From Eledone cirrhosa (Eukaryota): a DNA stretch of 64,000 bases. This document shows positions 1 to 16,681 of this stretch, one piece after another. The notes beneath the pieces were generated by a model. The model was given only the letters and a program-made list of their open reading frames with translations. It did no database searches and was not told the DNA's origin. The position numbers and the translations under genes were made by a program. Within the stretch, counting starts at the first letter, position 1. Every line of letters starts with the position of its first letter. The stretch covers positions 150,660,001-150,724,000 of the forward strand of contig OZ024742.1 in the NCBI GenBank assembly GCA_964016885.1, read 5' to 3'.

Positions 1-336
1 CTTCCTCCCTCTCCTCTCCTCTCCTCGCTGTGCTCAGACATGACGTGAGGTGGGTTCCGCCAGATTTAAATTACTAAGACGCCATATGTCACAACAGCAC
101 CACTTCGATTCTATTTGGAGTTCAAAGCTCATGAATAGATGGATGGATTATGGAAGGACGGACGAGTGGATAGAAGTAACGACAGCGTGGTGATCCACCT
201 TAGTCATGTCTCTATTTATTATTATGTTAAAATCATATTGTTGTAGACTTTTTATCATCTCAACAGCACCAAAAAATAAAAACCAATAATATACGGGTTT
301 ACAGATCTGTTGCTTTATGCCAATGCAAGAAGTGAC

Positions 337-386
<50 letters not shown>

Positions 387-984
387 TATATATTTTTTTG
401 TATTTCTAATTATTAGAATTCATGTAGATATAGTTTCTCATATTAGTGAAAATACTGTTCTTTCCTTTTGTTCGTTCGTATCCTGGTTTCCTGTAAATGT
501 CAGCTACCAATTAGAAATGCTAAATATTACGCAACATTAATGTTATCATAATATACGTGTTCACTCCTGGACTGTTGTGGGTTGCATTGATTGAATTGGC
601 CTAATTTTAAAGAGCAGCTTTGCCACCTTATAGTGAAAATAATATGTAATATTGTCAAACAATATACTGTATACCGAATGATCAACATTTTCCTTGTGCA
701 ATTGCCTGCAATGTTCTGGATTTCTGGGCAAGACACTAAATTTCGCTGACTAAGCCAAAATAGTCGTAGTCATAGTCTAGGGTTCTTCCACGCCATTCGG
801 TGCGTTGAGCAGTAAGAAGTCGCCAACGATCACGATTAGCGGCAGCTTTTTCGCGTCCGTGCCAAGTGGTGATGTTGTCTGCCATCAGGTCTTTTTGGAA
901 CGTTCGTCGCCAGGTAATCCTGGGGCAAGCCCGCTTTCATTTGCCGCTTGGTGGAGTACAGTTCATCGCCGTTTTATATATATG

Positions 985-1849
985 CTAGCAGAATGGCCCG
1001 GCGTTGCTCGGAATTCTAAACATAGATTGGCATATTTATCCCTCCTTTCTGAAACAGTACAGAGAAGTACGGAATACCTCCGCCTGGGGATGGTGTCTAC
1101 ATTTTGTGCTTATAAAAAGAATTCGTCGTAGATTACCAGGGGTTTAACTTAATTAGGTGCCTGAGAGTAAAATGTTCAATCCACGAAAGCCAAGACGATA
1201 GGGTTAAGTAAAAAGGCATTCGACAAAGCGAACATGTATTTGTTGTGCTATGGTACAATGAAAGCAATAGTTACAGAGCAGTAAGCATGTGGGACTGCAG
1301 TGGTGGAGAGCATGAAGGAATTTAGTTGCATTCTTTTAAGGTTACAGGCCCTAACGCAACCAAAATGCTAAACAATGTGGTCCCCGGACAAAAATTTGAA
1401 ATCTTTTACAGTCAAGAAAATTTGTGAAACATAAGTAATGCATATGCAAAGTTTTAAAAAACATCGGTTGGGTATTTCTCGAGTTACAGGCCCTAACGCA
1501 ACCAAAATGCTTTTAAAAATCGGGTTTTCGCCTAATGCGGTCCCTGGGGCAAAAGCTGAGAAAATCTTTTTTGCTCAAAACATTTTAAATGACATAAGTA
1601 ATGCAAATTTTAAAGAAATTGCCTGGATTATTGTTCCGTTATGCCTAAAAAAAGCCTTTAAAGCCTAAAATATGCGGTTTTTCGCCTAATGCGGTCTCTA
1701 GAACATTAAAAATTCGAAATATTGTTTGCTCAAAACACTCACACGACCATAAGTATTACATGTGTAAAGTTTGAAAAAAATCGGTTTGGTGGTTCTCAAG
1801 TTTTAGGGGAACAGACAGACAGACAGGCATTCTGTTTTAGATATATAGA
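985..1849 (-). mobile_element. Non-autonomous Helitron (Lep1-like)
   Basis: Minus strand starts TCTATATATC..., contains (CTGT)n, and ends with the GC hairpin CCGAGCAACGCCGGG then CTAG. Internal ~150-bp subrepeats lie at 1340-1700. Confidence 0.75.
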
Positions 1850-2269
1850 TATATCACTTTGCCTTCTGTGCATACTTCCTCTTCTTGTCTAATATGTTGG
1901 GCTTTGTTTCCATCTCTTCTCCCCGGTTGTAGTACATTGGTTAGTAGCAAATTTTATTTATTTGTAAATATATGAAGGGTTAACCACCATGTCTTGTGTC
2001 CATTTGTTACTGTCCTATCTGCACTGGATCTATTAGCATCGACCATAAAGTCCTAAACCCCGAAAACCTCCATCGGTCGACTGATGAGAAGGGACTATAC
2101 TGTGTTTCGTTCATTTATCCTGTCTCCGCCCACCGTTTTTGATTTATATATATATATGTGTGTGTGTGTGCGTGTGTGTGTGTGTGTGTCTGTCTGTCTG
2201 TCTGTGTGTCTGGGTGTCTGTGTGTGTGTGTTTGTGTGTGTGCATACGATGGTCTTTCACTTAGTTTCC

Positions 2270-2410
2270 TTCTAAAATATTTCCATTCACTAGGCATTGG
2301 TCAACCCAAGGCTATAGTAGAAGACATTTGCCCAGCGTGCAACGTACTGGGACTGAACTTGGCGCCATGTAGTTGCAGAGTGAAACGCTTAACCACACAG
2401 CTATGGCTGT
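2270..2410 (-). mobile_element. tRNA-derived SINE fragment
   Basis: Minus strand has A-box GCTGTGTGGTTAAG and B-box-like AGTTCAGTCCC. Similar copies at ~25930-26080, 43600-43760, 45130-45240 and 56930-57050. Confidence 0.6.
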
Positions 2411-3318
2411 GTCTATGTTCCGTTTGTGTCATGCACAAGATACAATAAAGGCTGGGATTTTGTTATTTGATTTATTTGTAATAGAAATATTGGGGTATAG
2501 CGAGAGTCAGAGAGAAAAAGAGAGAAAGCGAAAGAGAGAGAGGAAATATATCTAATATATATTTGTGAAATGGGTGGTGGTTGATATTCAGTTGTGCACG
2601 GTTAAATGGTAGTAGACGTGGTCGGACGGACATGAAAATTTATACACCTATGTAAAAAGTGCCAAGGAAGCAAATAGACGAGGTTTCAAATCTCTAACTT
2701 GAAAAATGTGGTCCCTACGGCCCCAAAACGGTCTATTTACTATCGCGTTCGGTGAGTTATTTCCCCCTGTTCTAATACTTTTGTCTTATTTACAATTTCA
2801 TACAAATAAAGGATATGCAAGTAAATCTTACTTTGTAGACAGCTGCCTCTTAGCATAATATTCATGCTAGTACAGCATATATTTGAAAGTTTTCAGGAAG
2901 CTGAATTACTGATTTTGGATCGGCAGCTTTAGCTTTGAAAAAATGAAATGTGCAGTGTAAACATTTTTTATTATTCCTCCGGGGATGAATCTTCTCTGCT
3001 TTTTTCCATCTCTTTCTTTCTCTCTGGAAGAAATCAGCCGTAGTAAGACCTAAAAAAAATGGTTAGATACACCATGACGCACCGTGCATCACGGTGGAGT
3101 TGAAAAGCAGACTCAGAACATGGCGTTGTGTGGGGTGGCTCGCAGTCCAATGTTCCAGGGGGAGCAAAAGAAGAAGAAGAAGAAGAAGAAGAAGAAGAAG
3201 AAGAAGAAGAAGAAGGTGTGAGCTGGAGTCCTATCAAATATGTAGGTTGTGTCTTAAATTGAAGGTTTAGTAGAAACAATTCATGTACTTTTCTTTTTGT
3301 CATTCATATATAAACAAA

Positions 3319-4485
<1,167 letters not shown>

Positions 4486-4500
4486 TATATATATATATAT

Positions 4501-4697
4501 AACGAAGGAAGTGTGGTAAGGAACCAGGTGGACCATAACGCACCAGAGTACTTGATATTTAGGATAGTAGAGTGGGTAATAGGAAAAGAGTGAGGACCCC
4601 GACGGCTGAGCTCCTGCCGTTTCGACAGCTAAATCCGAACAGTGCGGATCTAGCTGTCGAACAGCCGGAGCTCAGCCGTCGGGGTCCTGACTCTTTT

Positions 4698-4702
<5 letters not shown>
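4501..4702 (-). mobile_element. PLE-type palindromic insertion in (TA)n with 3' half of an HHR
   Basis: ~60-bp inverted arms span 4579-4702, with an unpaired tail at 4501-4578. Minus strand reads GAAA-CGGC...GCCG-TC (stem III plus GUC); CUGAUGA is lost at the fold-back. Confidence 0.65.
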
Positions 4703-4783
<81 letters not shown>

Positions 4784-6988
4784 TGGATTGAAATTTCTGG
4801 ATAGTTTCACTCTTTTCTTCCGTTGCTATTCCTTGGAGATCTGACAAATTCCGTAGCCATGTCAACAAAGCTGTTGACAGTGGAAGAAGTGGCTGCTGTA
4901 GGAAATGCTACATGAGTGACTGTATGAGGTAGCCATTATAGAGGTTGTGAATTTGTAAATCGAATAAAAATATGTCACAAACACTTATAAACGCTAATAC
5001 TAAGAAGAGGAAGACAGGTGGCAACAGGTTAATGCAGTAGTGAGTCTGACAACGACACCAGTATCATATTGAATAATAACAAGAGCATCAGCAACAGCAA
5101 CAGTAATACCAACACAAACCTGACAAACGAAGTCCCTATATGGTTGTTTAACCTGCTAGAAATATCAACCAAATAACTTGAAATCACACCTTTGATAAAA
5201 GAAAGGGCAAATTCGACCATCCAAGGTTTACTGCCATCACCACCACCAACACTATTATTATCACCACCACTACCATCATGAGTTGTAGCTCTTCACGTAT
5301 TTTTCTCTAGCAATCTCGGAGCCTTCGCCAAAAGATTCATCGGTCATGCCCTTCTTCTTCTAAATAATTAATTAAATTTTCGCCATAATGAAGTATTCTA
5401 TACCATCCCAACATAACACAAAATACAATGCAAAACAAATACAATGAAATAAAAGTACGACAATATCATTCCATCCACGTATACGTTGTGTTTTGGTCTT
5501 AGCTAGAGTTCCTAAGTCTGGTGTACAGCAATAGGTTTATGAATAACCTTAATGTCTGAGATCATCTCTAAATCAAATATAGAGGAACCTCCAGATAAAG
5601 AAATGTAATCTAAAACAAACTAACTGTATAATATGGTTTTTAAAAAATATGAACGTTGTAAAAGCAGACAATATTTGAAACAGGTTAACGGGGGTGCCTT
5701 GATGTGTTCACTTTATGTGCTCGAAAGGCAGCCAAATCTTTTTTCAAAATCTTTTTAATGATAATATGAAAGTAGACTTGGGGGTTAGACAAGTACAACA
5801 ATATAGTATTTGAAACAAACAATAACATTTCTTACAATACATTAATACAAAGTACACATTTTTGCGAGATCTCAACAATAAATGAAATTCAGACATAGAT
5901 GGAGCCAACTTATATAGTATAATAAAGAGACAAAATCTATAGAAGAGAAGACAATCAACACCACTAGTAATTCAGATGTTACATAAATTAATAAAGATTC
6001 CAGTTCTGGTTAAAGTAATTAAATAATACGCACGAAGTCTTACCAACGACTTTCATTAGGAGAATAATGAAACTAAATATAATACTTATTGGTTTGCTGG
6101 AGTGGGAAACAATAATAATTCTGCAAAACAAAACCCAGCATTCAAAGTTATTGTCAATAACTTCATATCATTATTGCCAATAACTTGTATAAACTTTGAA
6201 GGCGACAAAATGCAGCGTGCGGGAACAGTCGATGTGGGCATCTATCTCATCTTTCTCATGGCCTATAGCAATGAATATATGGCCAAGATAGCCGAGTTGA
6301 TTGGGTTTGATCCAAATGTACATCAAAGAGAGCGCTCATTTGCGTCATCTTTCTGTGTGATTGGGTAATGTGGCCAGTGTGAACGGCGGATTTATGCAAA
6401 CGGAAAGCATTTGACCACTTTTGCTTTCAACGAATTTCTTGTTTCCACACGTTGGATTTTGTGTCAAATTCGACGTCTATTCCGGGTTGATTCCCTTCAA
6501 CAATTCCTGATCAAAAGATTGGTTTGGTAATGTAGTCATTTTCCCACATGGCAAATTCAGTCACTATGTAGTCACGCCAGAATTCCTCCCAGGATGATGT
6601 AAACAGCGAAAGTGGGAGGAAGCTAAAGATGAGGATTAGTACGATCAAGTGGAATATCGAATTATTATCTCGTCCTCGCATATATGATATCAAGCGTCGG
6701 AATTGCGAGTAATTTACAATATCGGCGTCGGGCGTCTGTTCGTGATGCTGTGAATTAATTGTTTGGAGTTGGTAAACGTCGACACAAGTACAAGTATATC
6801 GAAATTATATTTGCCCTTTAAAAGGGCAGATGCTCATTTATGGGATAATGACGTCTTGCCATATATATATGGGGGGGGGGGTATAGTTTAGTTAATAAAT
6901 GAAACAAATGAAACAAATGAAATTTTAACAGTTATATTAGGTTTACGCTTATTTAAATATATATATATATAGAGAGAGAGAGAGAGTA

Positions 6989-7543
<555 letters not shown>

Positions 7544-7842
7544 AGTATGTGTTCGTGTGCGTGTTTTCTCGGTGGCTGGACGAGTCATCACTCATTCTGT
7601 GCCCTCACACCGTAGGAGTAACATCCAAATTATGTTATTCTCTTCTTAGCTAAGCTATTGTGCACCGTGTTTTGATCCCTTCCTTTCAGTTGAAGCACCT
7701 TGGTTTGTAGCATTTTGTTTTAGTTTGTTTTATTTTTTTTTTCATTTGTGTAATTTGTCGAAAGGCACAATTTGCTCTATGTCTCCATGTGCAGTGGAAT
7801 GAATAGCACCCTCCCACTTTCTTTTATTCATATATATATATT

Positions 7843-8339
7843 AATTCGCGTATGTGTTGATTAATCACCGACACTTCAGGATAGGGCACTCGATGAAGTG
7901 CGCAGGTGGCTCTGTTTATTCCGGAGTATATTTATAAACAAGAAGTATAAGTCAACAGGTTAAAATAAACTCCGTTCAATCATAGTCACTGTTATATATA
8001 TTTCGGTGAAATCCATTATGCAACAGCTATGACCTCATCAGACAGCTAGAATTTGAACAGAAAAAAAAAAGCATGAAGATGGAATAAAGCTTACTTCTGT
8101 TATTTTGATTCTTTGATATGCTCCGTGCTTGATTTTGGTGTTGCTTTCTCAAGGCAGCGGTAGCAAGAATCGAATAAAAGAAGTAAGCTTTATTCCATCT
8201 TTACGTTTTTCTATTTTTCTGTTCAAGTACTAGCCGTCTGTTCAAATACTAACTGTTGCATAACGGTTATCACCGAAATATATATAACAGCGACTATGAA
8301 TAAACGAAGTTAATTTTAATCCGTTGACTTATACTTTTT

Positions 8340-8345
<6 letters not shown>
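7843..8345 (-). mobile_element. PLE-type palindromic HHR insertion (diverged family B)
   Basis: Arms ~7932-8115 and 8165-8345; tail 7843-7931 is homologous to 6989-7071. Confidence 0.75.
7989..8045 (-). ncRNA. Type I hammerhead ribozyme
   Basis: CTGT-CTGATGA-GGT...ACC-GAAA-TATATA-TA-ACAG. Confidence 0.8.
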
Positions 8346-8394
<49 letters not shown>

Positions 8395-10171
8395 ATTTAT
8401 ATTGATACAAGGACAATTCTACGTAAATCAAAAATGTTGTGGAATATGGAAAGAAAAAGTAGCAAACAGCTTATCCTTATAAAAAAATTGTTTCAGAGTG
8501 ACTCTCTAGCTCTGCATCTCTTCTGCCTATCCATAATTCTCCTAATAAATCTTCTGAATGGAGCCACCAATGGCTACAAATTCTACGTCTCAAACTATAA
8601 ACAATTATTTTTATTTTAGATGGTTTGAAAGTCTATATATGAGCTAGCTATTAATTGAGAAGCTCCGTAAAAGCACAGCATAGATTCAGTAATATTGATT
8701 TCAAATTTAGATACATTGCCATCAAATTTGAGGGATGTACTTGGCTGGTACATTTTTTTAGCGACCCGGATGTATGAAAGGCAAAGTTGACTGTGGTTAG
8801 ATTTGAATTCACTCACCCGCCCTTGTATGATTATAAAATATAGAATGAATGTAAAAGCCAGACCAGTAATATCAAAATTAGTATTGTGTTAGATGGATGT
8901 CACAAAAGAAGATGCAAATTAATAAAATTAAAACGAAAAAGAAACAAGAAAAGGAGAAATCATTTACAGTTAAGTTGATTTAGACGCTGAAACCAAAGAT
9001 TTGGAATCAGAACATTCAGACAAGAACGTAGAAGTAGTTGGAAATAAGTAAAATGCAACATGCGGAAATAAAAGAATAGGTTTGAAATGTTGCTAAAGAA
9101 TTGTATGACTAAGATTAAAAATCTGAATGAATAAGATGTTATTATATATGTAACGTATATTGATACAAACAAAATTTACGTACCATGCTTACAAGAAGGA
9201 AATAGTGTTTTATAAATAAGGAACAAGAATAGAAAATAAGTATCGAAAAGTACCAGTTCAAGGCAGCGAATTGGCGGAATTCTTAGAACATTGGACGAGA
9301 TACTTTGTATTATTTGTTCGGGCTCTTTGCCTTCTGAAATTTTGGATGGCATAGATTTAATTTATCACATAGTTTAACATCACCACCTACTCCTTCGATG
9401 TATTTAGTGGAGTTCACTCCACTGATAGAAAATTCCTCCACCCGTTCCAGTCTAGGAGACTCTGAAAATTAAAGGTTCATAGGCGCTGCCCTTCCCTTCC
9501 TGACTAAACATTAAAAATATATATTAAGAAAGAACGAATATAAACTGGTAAACATAATAAGAAACCTTGTGTTTTAGATAAAGAATCAATTCTATACAAG
9601 CTAGAACCTATCATCATCATAAGTTCTCTGTCGGTATCGACAATGATTGTCCATATATATGTAAAGTCACGTAATATCAACAATGACCCGCTCTTCTCTC
9701 TAAATTTCTATTCTGAGTTGTGGTCTAGCTATGGGGATCAACATTTATTTTTCTTATGCTGTGTTTAACCACATCCTTGTATCTTAATCGAGGACTAACT
9801 TGATTTCTCGGGCTGCTAGCCAGCCATAAGTAGAATGTTTTTTGGGTTACCGGGGTTTATTCATAGTTTGTTCACCTAATAAAATAAAGTTGTTTTTTTC
9901 TTTTAGGTTTCATTAGAGAACGAAGGGCAGTAATCGTGACACGGGAAAGAAGGAAGATATTAGCAAAATGGAAAACCGTTCTGAATGCTTTCAATAGAAG
10001 GTACTCCGCTTCAAGCTGTGTTGAGACAAAATGGTTAATATCGAATAAGGGTGTAATAGCAAGAGCGAAAGAGAGAGAGAGAGAGGGGGGGGGGGAGAGC
10101 GAGGAAGAAAGAGAGGGAATGGTTTCTATGGAGTAAGGTTGTATAAAAAGAAAGAGTGTATATATTTGTGT

Positions 10172-10253
<82 letters not shown>

Positions 10254-10400
10254 TTACTATGGAGTCTGGATGCATATTGAGATAAAGAGAGAAAGAGTGG
10301 TTGCAATGGAGTAAGGCTGTATAGTGAGAGAGTGTGTGTGTGTGTGTGTGAAAGAGAGAGGGGGGAGAAAGAGAGAGAGAGAAAGAAAAACAGAGAGAGA

Positions 10401-10465
<65 letters not shown>

Positions 10466-11559
10466 GGAGAGAGTTGTTAATATTGAGCCAGGCTGTATAG
10501 CGAGAGAGCGAGAGAGAAAATAGCATACATGGTCGAAAGCTTTGTGTCCAGAAAAAATGGTAACCAAAGAATTAGGTTGTATGTCTAGAGTGAACATTGA
10601 CCGTGAACATTTTCAGGGAGAACGTGATGACTGCGGAGAAAGGCTGTGCAGCAAGAGTAGGGATCACAGTCTCAATGAAAGCAAAAATCGAGTACATCTA
10701 ACTCTTGCTTTATCATTTTAGGGATAATGAATGGTAAAAGAATATAGAGAGAATTTAAGCTGAAAACATAAAAAAACTGGGGTACAAAATACTTTCTATC
10801 TATACTGCTAGTTAAACTAAATAAGGAATACGAGAAAAAAAAGTCTAAACAAAAATATTAATTGTGCAAAATTAACATAAATATAAAAAATAGTTGCTTA
10901 CATAATTATGAACGGTGAATTGGCAGAATCGTTGGAACGTCGAACATCTCCAGCTGTATTTAAATTTCGTTCTGAGTTCAAATCCCACCGAAGCACTTGA
11001 TTGTTACGTTATTTTATTTTATCTATCCTGAAAGGATAGATAAAATAAAATAAAGTACTAATCAAGTACTTAGGTCAATTTATCCTATAATACACCTTGG
11101 ATGATGTGAATGGATAATAAAGGACGGCAAGTTATTGAAATTAAACTGCAAATCGAAACTGAAATGAGAATCTTATCAAGATTAACAAGCTTCTTTAAGT
11201 ACTTTATGTCGAGCCTTGCAAAAATTCAGTTTTTATTTCAAATTGATGAAAAAGTTTACTTTTGAGGGTACCTCATTGAAATTTATTAATTAATTTATTT
11301 ATTTATTGGTTAAATGGGGAAGCCACCTTTGTAGACAATGATCAGTTCACTAATGGGGCAATGATCAGTTCACTAATGAGTCCGTGCACAGTTTGTTTCT
11401 TGTTACGTAAAAGCAACATCGAAAACGCAGCATTTGTGTTCTTGTTTACTGGACAGAGTGTATAACGACATATAGGAACTAGTTAATTTCTAGTCGCTAT
11501 ATAGTTACTTCAAATAATGGAATTGACATATATCTGAGACAAATGGTAGAATGCAGTGA

Positions 11560-11813
11560 AGACGCATGGCTTAGTGATGAGAGTGTTCGGCTCACGATCG
11601 TAAGGTCTTGAGTTCAATTCCCAATGTTGTGTCATTGATCAAGACACTTTATTTCATGTTGCTTCAGCTTACTCAGCTTGTAATTGAAAGAGTCAGTTTT
11701 ATCACACACTGTACCACTTTGAATCTCACTAAGAAATATGTTAAGTGTGCATGTGTCATTTGAAGGCTGAGTTTATTTCCCGAGCAGTCAGTTCCGTTGA
11801 TCGAATCAGCAGG
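11560..11813 (+). mobile_element. tRNA-derived SINE (second family)
   Basis: GCATGGCTTAGTG...GAGTTCAATTCCC...CAAGACACTTTATTTCATGTTGC. Relatives at 15330-15590, 20700-20930(-), 34380-34595, 43050-43375(-) and 63600-63712(-). Confidence 0.7.
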
Positions 11814-12199
11814 TGTACTCGTTGTTGGCACCAACGAAGGTCAAACACACTGGTAGAACGCTGTTCTTAGTACTGTTTATTTTCAAGTATCGGTCGCTCT
11901 CTGACAGATTTGCGGTCGAGTCCGTGGCAGATGAGACTTCTGGTGTCCTTCACCCTAGGAACAGCTCCCTGCTCACCACTATCGGCACAGAGTTGACTAC
12001 ACGTAGGTGTGAGCTGGAATGGCTCTTCCAGTGCGTCTCCCTCACCATCATCTGGGAAAACCCCTTCTCTATTCTGTCTGCAGGAACCGCGGGGCGGCCA
12101 GCACGTGGACCCCATTTGCTCAGAATAGTGAGAGATGGGGAAAGAGGGAGGCAGTGAGAGAGTGGGAGTTTGTTTCTTTTGTGTTCGGACCTGTGTACA
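11814..12199 (-). repeat. Dispersed repeat, possibly a solo LTR
   Basis: TGTAC...GTACA ends with an internal AATAAA near the 3' end; diverged partial copy at 48265-48425(+). No TSD seen. Confidence 0.4.
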
Positions 12200-12526
12200 T
12201 AATATATTCACTATAGATTAAGAGTACAATGAATATTGTTGTCGTTAAACTCAAATATATCAAACTCTCTGGTTGTTGTAGTTGATCTTACTCCCAGTGA
12301 GTTAAATCTCCAACCCGTTATTTTTTTTATATTCCTGATCATTTTTGCGAAATGACCAGACACGGTTTCACAGTGAATGTACCATGGGAGCGTATTCTCA
12401 TTCAAGTGGAACAAACACTAGCAGGTATTTCCCCACCGAAAGGGATGCTCATACATACCTACATGCATACATACATACATACAAACATACATACATACAT
12501 ACATGCATACATACATGCATACATAC

Positions 12527-14288
12527 GGCTTTACAGTTAACCAAAGTCCCACAACCACTGGTAGCTGCTGTTGAACGTCTGACCAAGAACTGGTACACCA
12601 ATTTGATCATTAAAGGTGAGAAGGAGCAAGTTAAGACTGATAAGACACATTACCAGAAGGGCATTTTTCAGGGTGATAGCTTGTCAGTGCTACTCTTCTC
12701 TCACTAAATCCACTATCTTACCTACTCAGGAAACAAGGTGGACAAAGAAGTGGGTCCAGAAGTATCTCCCATCTTTTTTTTGTTGATGACCTGAAGTTGT
12801 ATGGGCCAAATATCAATGACATCAAGAAACAATTGGACCTCATTACACAATTTTCAACAGACATCAAAATGAAATTTGGTGAGTCCAAGTGTGCATATTT
12901 GGCAGTAAAACGTGGAAGACCTGTGCCTTCCTCTAGAAATCTAGAGATAAATGGCCTGACAATACAACCTCTACAGTCAGGTGACAACTACAGATATCTT
13001 GGACGGGATGAGAATGGACCCATAAATAAGGAGAGAACCAGAACTGAATACCTCAGAAGAGTAAAGAAAATATGATCATCAGAACTGTCAGCGTACAACA
13101 AATACATTGCCCACAATACTTATGCTGTGCCAATTCTAACGCCAACATTTGACCTGCTGAACTGGTCATTTCAAGAACTAAGTGAGATGGATGTTAGAAC
13201 TCGCAAACTTCTCAGTGTTACTGGGAACTTAAACATCAATGGATAGGCTATACTTCTCACACAAGGAAGGTGGCCGGCGTCTAAAATCCATATTAACATC
13301 ATATGAGACCCGGATAGTAACACTGAAGCAATATCTTCAACAGAGGAAAAAGGTTGGCAACCATCTTGCCCAGGTTTATCAGCATAAAAAAAATCATTAG
13401 GATAGCCACTGATCTGGAGGAGAGATATGGAATAAAGCCTGATATAAATCTCTCACCCAGAGAAATCGAAAGATCCTATTCAATGTTCAAACAAGATGAA
13501 AAAATTGACCAATTTACAGAAAAAGTTGTGCATGGATACTTGAGACGTAAAACACAGACCATAGAGGGGATAAACCACTCAAAAACCCTGGCATGGAGTT
13601 CTGACAAGTTTATGACATTACACCTTGAGGGATATCTCTATGCAATACAAAGATCGAAGATGTAAGTAAGCCACATTGTTGCCAGCTGCGAAAGAATATC
13701 ATCTCGCTACTACCTTCCCATGAGACACGATGGGATAGCTAGAACCATCTTGAACGCACTTCGGAAAACAAAATTAACAACAAACGATGAAGAATATATT
13801 GAGACAGATGGCACTAAGGAATACTGGTGGAACCTGAAAATAAAAACTGCCACCAAATTAAAGCACAACCGGCCTGATATTGTTGTTTGGGACCACACAT
13901 TGAAAACGTGTTCTGTTGTGGAGATCAGCTGCCCACTTGAAGTAAACGTTGTCAGAAAAATACAGGAGAAGGAGGACATCTACGGACCATTGATGAGGAG
14001 TTTACAAATCCAGTATCCAAGATACACCTTTAGCTTCATACCCATCATTATTGGTGCTACGGGTTATATACCAACCCGCTTGGACCAAAGTATGACTGAA
14101 CTTGGATTTGCGGACAAAGAGCGCAGCTCCCTAATTCATAGTCTACAAATGGCTGCGATAGTTGGCACCTTCAAAATTTGCAAAACATTCTTGCGATTCA
14201 AGGGATGACAATTTCTTTTCTTTTACAACCTTGCCACCAGGAAGGTGGCCGGTCAAAAAAATATACTCGAAATTAAGAGAAAGAGATA
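12527..14288 (+). pseudogene. 5'-truncated non-LTR retrotransposon, R4/Dong-like (RT plus restriction-like endonuclease), inserted in (TACA)n
   Basis: Motifs GIFQGDSLS, HLFFVDDLKLY, KFGESKC, YRYLG, RHDG and RPDIVV...VVEISCP across frameshifted ORFs 12345-14208. (TACA)n on both flanks. Confidence 0.9.
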
Positions 14289-14446
14289 ACATACATACAT
14301 ACATGCATACATACATACATACATACATACATACATACATACATACATACATACATACATGCATGGATGTATACATGCATGTAAACATACATACATACAT
14401 ACATACATACATACATACATACATACATACATACATACATACATAC

Positions 14447-14640
14447 ATGGTGGCTGCCAACTCGTTTTCGAGTACGGCCACTACTTTATATCCATGTAGG
14501 AGAACCCTACCGATGCGCTGAACGAGTGTGACTTTTTAGCGACTTGAAAACTCTGGTACAAACACTACACTTGTGACAATTATTGACACATAGTGCTGAG
14601 CCCATGGTACCATGTGACGACAAGTGCAGAGAGATCTCCA
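14447..14640 (-). mobile_element. RTE-like LINE 3' end with (TATG)n tail
   Basis: Reverse complement of 26620-26756. Confidence 0.65.
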
Positions 14641-14938
14641 GATACATACATACATACATACACACATAGACAGACAGACAGACTCACATCCTCCCTGTTC
14701 AATCGATTACTGGTAGAGTGAAGGCTTCAAGACATTCCAAAGATTCCACGTTGACTTTCCTGGAATGAAAATATGCACATAATTACATGCTTGCATATGG
14801 CATGCACACACACACATATATATATAGAGAGCAGCAATCATGCACGACACGCAGATATAGTACACACACACACTCAACAAACACACACACACACACACAA
14901 ACACACGCGCGCGCACACACACACATACATACACACAA

Positions 14939-14981
<43 letters not shown>

Positions 14982-15157
14982 CACAGTAAAACACCTCTCA
15001 CATTTACAAATCTTTAAAACTGTCATGACTAAAACAAAAACGGATTGTCACTATGTTAGTGACCGGCTTGAATTCTCCGAAGGACTTAAACTTTATAAGA
15101 AGCATACATACATACACAAACACACACCACACACACACATACACACACACACACATA

Positions 15158-15224
<67 letters not shown>

Positions 15225-16257
15225 AACGTGACGAGCGTCGACCCTGTTTCCGTCGACTAGATTCCATGCGCAAAGTATTGGTCAACCCGAAACTATGACT
15301 GAATACTAAGGCACCACAAAGAGGGAATGTGGAGGCGAATGACCTAGTGGTAAGTTTGTTGTACTAACGATCATAATGTCGTGGGTTCGATTCCTGGACT
15401 GAGTGCTGTTATGTGTACTTCAGTAAAACATTTCATTTTACGTTGCTGAAAATGTGTACCAGCAATAGCCGAGGGTTCAACCCTGCGAAGGATTGGCGTC
15501 TTGTCCAGGGGGTGGGGAGTCTTGTACTCTCAGTCGCTTAATGCTACAGAAAGCGGGATAAACACCGGCCTGATGAGTCTTCGGTCTCGAGACAGACATA
15601 GAGGGATTGAACCCAGACTCATGTAGACGCGTAGCAATCGTCTTAACCACACAGCCCTGACAGCACCCACTAACCATAGCTGCACCAATTTCTGCTGATA
15701 TTTCCTTTGTGATAACGCATAAACACTATAACTCCTTTCCCCCATCCTCCAAATGTCGAAATTCTTGTGTTCTTAGAAGCTCAGCGAAGCTGAATACCGA
15801 TCATTCCTCGAATAATGTAGTTTTCTATACAATACATTATATTAGGGTCGTGTAGTTCATATGAGGCATTATGAGGTGGGATTTAAATATTTTAGAAAAG
15901 CCACTAAATGTAAATTGAAAATAAAGAAGTGAAAACAGATGTACGTGCATTAAAACAAAACAGTTTACACTTTTATTTCATATTTCGATATTCTAGGGTT
16001 AAAGTCTCTGTTTTGGAAGAAAATTGTGGCGAGCTGATGTACAGAAAAGCCATTAAAATGTGCATTGTTACAGGCTATGTACAACTTACATTGTACTGGC
16101 AAAACCAATTTGAACAATAAATTATGTTGTTTTTCTTCCGATCCAACGGTATTTTATTTGTGATTCTATTGGAAAAATACACTGTCTGCAAAGATGATAA
16201 CAAAACAATAAAGAATTGTCTTCTAACATATTGAATATTTTGAGTCGTCACCGAGGT

Positions 16258-16361
<104 letters not shown>

Positions 16362-16681
16362 AAATTATAAATGTGAGGAAAGAATAGACAAAAATATACC
16401 TATTTTTTCTTCTATATATATATGAACTAATTAGACTTTGCGTTATTGTATCCCTGTGTTCATAATATATATATATTATATATATAAAGAGAGAGAGAAT
16501 TCGTTACAACGTTACAAGTAAAGCCGATGATCAAACTTCAACATTATACTGTTTTGTTTAGAATTGGGAAGTTGAATAATTGTCTTAGTCATTTAACTAA
16601 TAACAACTTACGATACACAATCACATACATGTATACATACATGCATATATATATGTGTGAGTGTGTGGGTGTGTGTGTATT

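Noticed and set aside
2060-2100. CTGATGAG near CCCGAAA; similar isolated CTGATGA at 56807 and 58297
   Set aside because: Core elements are in the wrong order or lack the stems and GAAA.
15566-15600. CTGATGAG...CTCGAGAC resembling an HHR
   Set aside because: No GAAA and no stem I; it is part of a SINE 3' region.
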